Source of the DNA: Nemertoderma westbladi
Lineage: Eukaryota; Animalia; Xenacoelomorpha
Assembly: GCA_032718475.1 (NCBI GenBank)
Contig: JAUCBJ010002209.1
Location: 1-47,696, forward strand
Direction: 5' to 3'
Length of the DNA stretch: 47,696 bases
Part shown: positions 37,201 through 47,696 of the stretch, in pieces
How the letters are laid out: every line of letters begins with the position of its first letter
How positions within the stretch are numbered: the first letter of the stretch is position 1
Translations under genes and position numbers: made by a program
The notes under the pieces: model-generated
Told to the model about the DNA's origin: nothing
Database searches by the model: none
What the model saw: only the letters and a program-made list of their open reading frames with translations

Positions 37201-40200
37201 TGTATAGCCCTTATAGTATGTATGTATGTATAGTCCTTATAGTATGTATAGTCCTTATAGTATGTATGTATGTATAGCCCTTATAGTATGTATGTATGTA
37301 TAGTCCTTATAGTATGTATGTATGTATAGCCCTTATAGTATGTATGTATGTATAGTCCTTATAGTATGTATGTATGTATAGCCCTTATAGTATGTATGTA
37401 TGTATAGTCCTTATAGTATGTATAGTCCTTATAGTATGTATGTATTTATAGTCCTTATAGTATGTATGTATGTATAGCCCTTATAGTATGTATGTATGTA
37501 TAGTCCTTATAGTATGTATGTATGTATAGTCCTTATAGTATGTATGTATGTATAGTCCTTATAGTATGTATAGTCCTTATAGTATGTATGTATTTATAGT
37601 CCTTATAGTATGTATGTATGTATAGTCCTTATAGTATGCATGTATGTATAGTCCTTATAGTATGTATAGTCCTTATAGTATGTATGTATTTATAGTCCTT
37701 ATAGTATGTATGTATGTATAGCCCTTATAGTATGTATGTATGTATAGCCCTTATAGTATGTATGTATGTATAGTCCTTATAGTATGTATGTATGTATAGT
37801 CCTTATAGTATGTATAGTCCTTATAGTATGTATGTATTTATAGTCCTTATAGTATGTATGTATGTATAGTCCTTATAGTATGCATGTATGTATAGTCCTT
37901 ATAGTATGTATAGTCCTTATAGTATGTATGTATTTATAGTCCTTATAGTATGTATGTATGTATAGCCCTTATAGTATGTATGTATGTATAGCCCTTATAG
38001 TATGTATGTATGTATAGTCCTTATAGTATGTATGTATGTATAGTCCTTATAGTATGTATAGTCCTTATAGTATGTATGTATTTATAGTCCTTATAGTATG
38101 TATGTATGTATAGTCCTTATAGTATGTATAGTCCTTATAGTATGTATGTATTTATAGTCCTTATAGTATGTATAGTCCTTATAGTATGTATGTATTTATA
38201 GTCCTTATAGTATGTATAGTCCTTATAGTATGTATAGTCCTTATAGTATGTATGTATGTATAGTCCTTATAGTATGTATAGTCCTTATAGTATGTATGTA
38301 TGTATAGTCCTTATAGTATGTATGTATTTATAGTCCTTATAGTATGTATAGTCCTTATAGTATGTATAGTCCTTATAGTATGTATAGTCCTTATAGTATG
38401 TATAGTCCTTATAGTATGTATAGTCCTTATAGTATGTATAGTCCTTATAGTATGTATAGTCCTTATAGTATGTATGTATGTATAGCCCTTATAGTATGTA
38501 TGTATGTATAGCCTTTATAGTATGTATGTATGTATAGTCCTTATAGTATGTATAGTCCTTATAGTATGTATGTATTTATAGTCCTTATAGTATGTATAGT
38601 CCTTATAGTATGTATAGTCCTTATAGTATGTATGTATGTATTTATAGTCCTTATAGTATGTATGTATAGTCCTTATAGTATGTATAGTCCTTATAGTATG
38701 TATGTATGTATAGCCCTTATAGTATGTATGTATTTATAGTCCTTATAGTATGTATAGTCCTTATAGTATGTATAGTCCTTATAGTATGTATGTATGTATT
38801 TATAGTCCTTATAGTATGTATGTATAGTCCTTATAGTATGTATAGTCCTTATAGTATGTATGTATGTATAGTCCTTATAGTATGTATGTATGTATAGCCC
38901 TTATAGTATGTATGTATTTATAGTCCTTATAGTATGTATGCCTATGTATAGTCCTTATAGTATGTATGTATGTATAGTCCTTGTAGTATGTATGTATGTA
39001 TAGTCCTTATAGTATGTATGTATGTATAGTCCTTATAGTATGTATGTATTTATAGTCCTTATAGTATGTATGTATGTATAGTCCTTATAGTATGTATAGT
39101 CCTTATAGTATGTATGTATGTATAGCCCTTATAGTATGTATGTATTTATAGTCCTTATAGTATGTATAGTCCTTATAGTATGTATAGTCCTTATAGTATG
39201 TATGTATGTATTATAGCCCTTATAGTATGTATGTATTTATAGTCCTTATAGTATGTATAGTCCTTATAGTATGTATAGTCCTTATAGTATGTATGTATGT
39301 ATTTATAGTCCTTATAGTATGTATGTATAGTCCTTATAGTATGTATAGTCCTTATAGTATGTATGTATGTATAGTCCTTATAGTATGTATGTATGTATAG
39401 CCCTTATAGTATGTATGTATGTATAGTCCTTATAGTATGTATGTATGTATAGTCCTTATAGTATGTATGTATGTATAGCCCTTATAGTATGTATGTATGT
39501 ATAGTCCTTATAGTATGTATGTATTTATAGTCCTTATAGTATGTATAGTCCTTATGTATGTATAGTCCTTATAGTATGTATGTATGTATTTATAGCCCTT
39601 ATAGTATGTATGTATGTATAGTCCTTATAGTATGTATGTATGTATGTATAGTCCTTATAGTATGTATGTATGTATAGTCCTTATAGTATGTATGTATAGT
39701 CCTTATAGTATGTATAGTCCTTATAGTATGTATGTATGTATAGTCCTTATAGTATGTATGTATGTATAGCCCTTATAGTATGTATGTATGTATAGTCCTT
39801 ATAGTATGTATGTATTTATAGTCCTTATAGTATGTATAGTCCTTATAGTATGTATAGTCCTTATAGTATGTATGTATGTATTATAGTCCTTATAGTATGT
39901 ATGTATGTATAGCCCTTATAGTATGTATGTATTTATAGTCCTTATAGTATGTATAGTCCTTATAGTATGTATAGTCCTTATAGTATGTATGTATGTATAG
40001 TCCTTGTAGTATGTATGTATGTATAGTCCTTATAGTATGTATGTATGTATAGTCCTTATAGTATGTATGTATTTATAGTCCTTATAGTATGTATGTATGT
40101 ATAGTCCTTATAGTATGTATAGTCCTTATAGTATGTATGTATTATAGTCCTTATAGTTGTATGTATGTATGTATAGTCCTTATAGTATGTATAGTCCTTA

Positions 40201-43200
40201 TAGTATGTATGTATGTATAGTCCTTATAGTATGTATGTATGTATAGCCCTTATAGTATGTATGTATGTATAGTCCTTATAGTATGTATGTCTATAGTATG
40301 TATAGTCCTTATAGTATGTATGTATGTATAGCCCTTATAGTATGTATGTATTTATAGTCCTTATAGTATGTATAGTCCTTATAGTATGTATAGTCCTTAT
40401 AGTATGTATGTATGTATAGTCCTTATAGTATGTATGTATGTATAGCCCTTATAGTATGTATGTATTTATAGTCCTTATAGTATGTATAGTCCTTATAGTA
40501 TGTATAGTCCTTATAGTATGTATGTATGTATTATAGTCCTTATAGTATGTATGTATAGTCCTTATAGTATGTATAGTCCTTATAGTATGTATGTATGTAT
40601 AGTCCTTATAGTATGTATGTATGTATAGCCCTTATAGTATGTATGTATTTATAGTCCTTATAGTATGTATAGTCCTTATAGTATGTATAGTCCTTATAGT
40701 ATGTATGTATGTATTATAGTCCTTATAGTATGTATGTATGTATAGCCCTTATAGTATGTATGTATTTATAGTCCTTATAGTATGTATAGTCCTTATAGTA
40801 TGTATAGTCCTTATAGTATGTATGTATGTATAGTCCTTATAGTATGTATGTATGTATAGTCCTTATAGTATGTATGTATGTATAGTCCTTATAGTATGTA
40901 TAGTCCTTATAGTATGTATGTATGTATAGTCCTTATAGTATGTATGTATTTATAGTCCTTATAGTATTTATAGTCCTTATAGTATGTATAGTCCTTATAG
41001 TATGTATGTATGTATAGTCCTTATAGTATGTATGTATGTATAGTCCTTATAGTATGTATGTATGTATAGTCCTTATAGTATGTATGTATGTATAGTCCTT
41101 ATAGTATGTATGTATGTATAGTCCTTATAGTATGTATAGTCCTTATAGTATGTATGTATTTATAGTCCTTATAGTATGTATGTATGTATAGCCCTTATAG
41201 TATGTATGTATGTATAGCCCTTATAGTATGTATGTATGTATAGTCCTTATAGTATGTATGTATGTATAGCCCTTATAGTATGTATGTATGTATAGTCCTT
41301 ATAGTATGTATAGTCCTTATAGTATGTATGTATGTATAGCCCTTATAGTATGTATGTATGAATAGTCCTTATAGTATGTATGTATGTATAGTCCTTATAG
41401 TATGTATGTATGTATAGTCCTTATAGTATGTATGTATGTATAGCCCTTATAGTATGTATGTATGTATAGTCCTTATAGTATGTATAGTCCTTATAGTATG
41501 TATGTATTTATAGTCCTTATAGTATGTATGTATGTATAGCCCTTATAGTATGTATGTATGTATAGCCCTTATAGTATGTATGTATGTATAGTCCTTATAG
41601 TATGTATGTATAGTCCTTATAGTATGTATGTATTATAGTCCTTATAGTATGTATAGTCCTTATAGTATGTATGTATGTATAGTCCTTATAGTATGTATAG
41701 TCCTTATAGTATGTATAGTCCTTATAGTATGTATGTATGTATAGTCCTTATAGTATGTATGTATGTATAGTCCTTATAGTATGTATAGTCCTTATAGTAT
41801 GTATGTATGTATAGTCCTTATAGTATGTATGTATGTATAGTCCTTATAGTATGTATGTATATATAGTCCTTATAGTATGTATGTATGTATAGTCCTTATA
41901 GTATGTATGTATGTATAGTCCTTATAGTATGTATGTATGTATAGTCCTTATAGTATGTATAGTCCTTATAGTATGTATGTATGTATAGTCCTTATAGTAT
42001 GTATGTCTTATGTATGTATAGTCCTTATAGTATGTATGTATGTATAGTCCTTATAGTATGTATGTATGTATAGTCCTTATAGTATGTATAGTCCTTATAG
42101 TATGTATGTATGTATAGTCCTTATAGTATGTATGTATGTATAGTCCTTATAGTATGTATGTATGTATAGTCCTTATAGTATGTATGTATGTATAGTCCTT
42201 ATAGTATGTATGTATGTATAGTCCTTATAGTATGTATGTATGTATAGTCCTTATAGTATGTATGTATGTATAGTCCTTATAGTATGTATGTATGTATAGT
42301 CCTTATAGTATGTATGTATGTATAGTCCTTATAGTATGTATGTATGTATAGTCCTTATAGTATGTATGTATGTATAGTCCTTATAGTATGTATGTATGTA
42401 TAGTCCTTATAGTATGTATGTATGTATAGTCCTTATAGTATGTATGTATGTATAGTCCTTATAGTATGTATGTATGTATAGTCCTTATAGTATGTATAGT
42501 CCTTATAGTATGTATGTATGTATAGTCCTTATAGTATGTATGTATGTATAGCCCTTATAGTATGTATGTATGTATAGTCCTTATAGTATGTATGTATGTA
42601 TAGTCCTTATAGTATGTATAGTCCTTATAGTATGTATGTATGTATAGTCCTTATAGTATGTATGTATGTATAGTCCTTATAGTATGTATGTATGTATAGT
42701 CCTTATAGTATGTATGTATGTATAGTCCTTATAGTCTGTATGTATGTATAGTCCTTAAGTATGTATGTATGTATAGTCCTTATAGTATGTATAGTCCTTA
42801 TAGTATGTATGTATGTATAGTCCTTATAGTATGTATGTATGTATGTATAGTCCTTATAGTATGTATGTATGTATAGTCCATATAGTATGTATGTATGTAT
42901 AGTCCTTATAGTATGTATGTATGTATAGTCCTTATAGTATGTATGTATGTATAGTCCTTATAGTATGTATGTATGTATGTATGTATGTATAGTCCTTATA
43001 GTCTATGTATGTATGTATGTATAGTCCTTATAGTATGTATGTATGTATAGTCCTTATAGTATGTATGTATGTATAGTCCTTATAGTATGTATGTATGTAT
43101 GTATGTATGTATAGTCCTTATAGTCTCTATGTATGTATGTATAGTCCTTATAGTATGTATGTATGTATAGTCCTTATAGTATGTATGTATGTATAGTCCT

Positions 43201-46200
43201 TTAGTATGTATGTATGTATGTATGTATGTCTTATAGTCCTATAGTATGTATGTATGTATGTATAGTCCTTATAGTCTCTATGTATGTATGTATGTATAGT
43301 CCTTATAGTATGTATGTATGTATAGTCCTTATAGTATGTATGTATGTATAGTCCTTATAGTATGTATGTATGTATGTATGTATGTATAGTCCTTATAGTC
43401 TCTATGTATGTATGTATTATGTATGTATGTATGTATAGTCCTTATAGTATGTATGTATGTATAGTCCTTATAGTATGTATGTATGTATAGTCCTTATAGT
43501 ATGTATGTATGTATAGTCCTTATAGTATGTATGTATAGTCCTTATAGTATGTATAGTCCTTATAGTATTATGTATGTATGTATAGTCCTTATAGTATGTA
43601 TGTATGTATAGTCCTTATAGTATGTATGTATGTATGTCCTTATAGTATGTATAGTCCTTATAGTATGTATAGTCCTTATAGTATGTATAGTCCTTATAGT
43701 ATGTATGTATGTATAGTCCTTATAGTATGTATAGTCCTTATAGTATGTATGTATGTATAGCCCTTATAGTATGTATGTATGTATAGCCCTTATAGTATGT
43801 ATGTATGTATAGTCCTTATAGTATGTATGTATGTATAGTCCTTATAGTATGTATAGTCCTTATAGTATGTATAGTCCTTATAGTATGTATGTATGTATAG
43901 CCCTTATAGTATGTATGTATGTATAGCCCTTATAGTATGTATGTATGTATAGTCCTTATAGTATGTATGTATGTATAGCCCTTATAGTATGTATGTATGT
44001 ATAGTCCTTATAGTATGTATGTATGTATAGTCCTTATAGTATGTATAGTCCTTATAGTATGTATGTATTTATAGTCCTTATAGTATGTATGTATGTATAG
44101 CCCTTATAGTATGTATGTATGTATAGCCCTTATAGTATGTATGTATGTATAGTCCTTATAGTATGTATGTATGTATAGTCCTTATAGTATGTATAGTCCT
44201 TATAGTATGTATGTATTTATAGTCCTTATAGTATGTATGTATGTATAGTCCTTATAGTATGTATAGTCCTTATAGTATGTATGTATTTATAGTCCTTATA
44301 GTATGTATGTATGTATAGCCCTTATAGTATGTATGTATGTATAGCCCTTATAGTATGTATGTATGTATAGTCCTTATAGTATGTATAGTCCTTATAGTAT
44401 GTATGTATTTATAGTCCTTATAGTATGTATGTATGTATAGTCCTTATAGTATGTATGTATGTATAGCCCTTATAGTATGTATGTATGTATAGTCCTTATA
44501 GTATGTATAGTCCTTATAGTATGTATGTATTTATAGTCCTTATAGTATGTATGTATGTATAGCCCTTATAGTATGTATGTATGTATAGCCCTTATAGTAT
44601 GTATGTATGTATAGTCCTTATAGTATGTATAGTCCTTATAGTATGTATGTATTTATAGTCCTTATAGTATGTATGTATGTATAGCCCTTATAGTATGTAT
44701 GTATGTATAGCCCTTATAGTATGTATGTATGTATAGTCCTTATAGTATGTATGTATGTATAGTCCTTATAGTATGTATAGTCCTTATAGTATGTATGTAT
44801 TTATAGTCCTTATAGTATGTATGTATGTATAGTCCTTATAGTATGTATAGTCCTTATAGTATGTATGTATTTATAGTCCTTATAGTATGTATGTATTTAT
44901 AGTCCTTATAGTATGTATGTATGTATGTATAGTCCTTATAGTATGTATAGTCCTTATAGTATGTATGTATGTATAGTCCTTATAGTATGTATAGTCCTTA
45001 TAGTATGTATAGTCCTTATAGTATTTATAGTCCTTATAGTATGTATAGTCCTTATAGTATGTATGTATGTATAGTCCTTATAGTATGTATGTATGTATAG
45101 TCCTTATAGTATGTATAGTCCTTATAGTATGTATGTATTTATAGTCCTTATAGTATGTATGTATGTATAGCCCTTATAGTATGTATGTATGTATAGCCCT
45201 TATAGTATGTATGTATGTATAGTCCTTATAGTATGTATGTATGTATAGCCCTTATAGTATGTATGTATGTATAGTCCTTATAGTATGTATAGTCCTTATA
45301 GTATGTATGTATGTATAGCCCTTATAGTATGTATGTATGAATAGTCCTTATAGTATGTATGTATGTATAGCCCTTATAGTATGTATGTATGTATAGTCCT
45401 TATAGTATGTATGTATGTATAGCCCTTATAGTATGTATGTATGTATAGTCCTTATAGTATGTATAGTCCTTATAGTATGTATGTATTTATAGTCCTTATA
45501 GTATGTATGTATGTATAGCCCTTATAGTATGTATGTATGTATAGCCCTTATAGTATGTATGTATGTATAGTCCTTATAGTATGTATAGTCCTTATAGTAT
45601 GTATGTATTTATAGTCCTTATAGTATGTATGTATGTATAGTCCTTATAGTATGTATAGTCCTTATAGTATGTATGTATGTATAGTCCTTATAGTATGTAT
45701 GTATGTATAGTCCTTATAGTATGTATGTATATATAGTCCTTATAGTATGTATGTATGAATAGTCCTTATAGTATGTATGTATGTATAGTCCTTATAGTAT
45801 GTATGTATGTATAGTCCTTATAGTATGTATGTATGTATAGTCCTTATAGTATGTATGTATGTATGTATGTATGTATAGTCCTTATAGTCTCTATGTATGT
45901 ATGTATGTATAGTCCTTATAGTATGTATAGTCCTTATAGTATGTATGTATGTATAGTCCTTATAGTATGTATGTATGTATGTATGTATAGTCCTTATAGT
46001 ATGTATGTATGTATAGTCCATATAGTATGTATGTATGTATAGTCCTTATAGTATGTATGTATGTATAGTCCTTATAGTATGTATGTATGTATAGTCCTTA
46101 TAGTATGTATGTATGTATGTATGTATGTATAGTCCTTATAGTCTCTATGTATGTATGTATGTATAGTCCTTATAGTATGTATGTATGTATAGTCCTTATA

Positions 46201-47696
46201 GTATGTATGTATGTATAGTCCTTATAGTATGTATGTATGTATGTATGTATGTATAGTCCTTATAGTCTCTATGTATGTATGTATAGTCCTTATAGTATGT
46301 ATGTATGTATAGTCCTTATAGTATGTATGTATGTATAGTCCTTATAGTATGTATGTATGTATGTATGTATGTATAGTCCTTATAGTCTCTATGTATGTAT
46401 GTATGTATGTATGTATGTATGTATAGTCCTTATAGTATGTATGTATGTATAGTCCTCATAGTATGTATGTATGTATAGTCCTTATAGTATGTATGTATGT
46501 ATGTATGTATGTATAGTCCTTATAGTCTCTATGTATGTATGTATGTATAGTCCTTATAGTATGTATGTATGTATAGTCCTTATTTTATAGTATGTATGTA
46601 TGTATAGCCCTTATAGTATGTATGTATGTATAGTCCTTATAGTATGTATGTATGTATAGTCCGTATAGTATGTATGTATGTATAGTCCTTATAGTATGTA
46701 TGTATGTATAGTCCTTATAGTATGTATGTATGTATAGTCCTTATAGTGTGTATGTATGTATAGTCCTTATAGTCTGTATGTATGTATAGTCCTTAAAGTA
46801 TGTATGTATGTATAGTCCTTATAGTATGTATAGTCCTTATAGTATGTATGTATGTATAGTCCTTATAGTATGTATGTATGTATGTATGTATAGTCCTTAT
46901 AGTATGTATGTATGTATAGTCCGTATAGTATGTATGTATGTATAGTCCTTATAGTATGTATGTATGTATAGTCCTTATAGTATGTATGTATGTATAGTCC
47001 TTATAGTGTGTATGTATGTATAGTCCTTATAGTATGTATGTATGTATGTATAGTCCTTATAGTATGTATGTATGTATAGTCCTTATAGTATGTATGTATG
47101 TATAGTCCTTATAGTATGTATGTATGTATAGTCCTTATAGTATGTATGTATGTATAGTCCTTATAGTATGTATGTATGTATAGTCCTTATAGTATGTATG
47201 TATGTATAGTCCTTATAGTATGTATGTATGTATAGTCCTTATAGTGTGTATGTATGTATAGTCCTTATAGTATGTATGTATGTATAGTCCTTATAGTATG
47301 TATGTATGTATAGTCCTTATAGTATGTATGTATGTATTGTCCTTATAGTATGTATGTATGTATAGTCCTTATAGTATGTATGTATGTATGTATGTATGTA
47401 TGTATAGTCCTTATAGTATGTATGTATGTATAGTCCTTATAGTATGTATGTATGTATAGTCCTTATAGTATGTATGTATGTATAGTCCTTATTTTATGTA
47501 TGTATGTATGTATAGTCCTTATAGTATGTATGTATGTATGTATGTATAGTCCTTATAGTATGTATGTATGTATAGTCCTTATAGTATGTATGTATGTATA
47601 GTCCTTATAGTATGTATGTATGTATAGTCCTTATAGTATGTATGTATGTATGTATGTATGTATAGTCCTTATAGTCTCTATGTATGTATGTATGTA
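25261..47696. repeat. Composite satellite TATAGTCCTTATAG(TATG)n, units mostly 18/22/26/30/34 bp, >22 kb, runs off the window
   Basis: Constant core (variant TATAGCCCTTATAG) alternating with variable TATG tracts, uninterrupted by unique sequence. Confidence 0.97.

Noticed and set aside
20352-46042. Many short ORFs (MFRGQ..., MYSPYS...)
   Set aside because: Satellite read-through artefacts with no protein-like complexity.
25261-47696. Telomeric repeat
   Set aside because: Does not match TTAGGG/TTAGG-type repeats and has a variable composite unit.

Overview
This is eukaryotic (metazoan) repeat-dominated DNA. 1-5011: a Ty3/Gypsy (Mag-like) LTR retrotransposon with a partial 5' LTR, tRNA-Ser-type PBS, gag-pro-RT-RH-IN broken by three frameshifts, PPT and a 260-bp 3' LTR. 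It abuts, and probably interrupts, an old RTE-type LINE 3' fragment (about 5060-5912). About 6518-16005: a 31-bp satellite split into three blocks by two convergent LINE insertions, a 5'-truncated CR1/L2-type RT (+) and a nearly full-length RTE-type APE-RT (-), both with readable target-site duplications. 16476-18659 (-): two exons of a K50 PRD-class homeobox gene closely resembling Dmbx; the ORF track shows only the last exon. It has an unusual intron in homeodomain codon 44 and a C-terminal PFDLT (CtBP-type) motif. That intron is filled by a GT-rich 31-34-bp minisatellite. Upstream lie a 6.1-kb 37-bp satellite and a >22-kb composite satellite, TATAGTCCTTATAG(TATG)n, which runs off the window, and the first coding exon is not identifiable. 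The tandem arrays are not CRISPR. I cannot demonstrate a new biological system from sequence alone. The best lead is an apparently intact developmental homeobox gene embedded in four different satellites.
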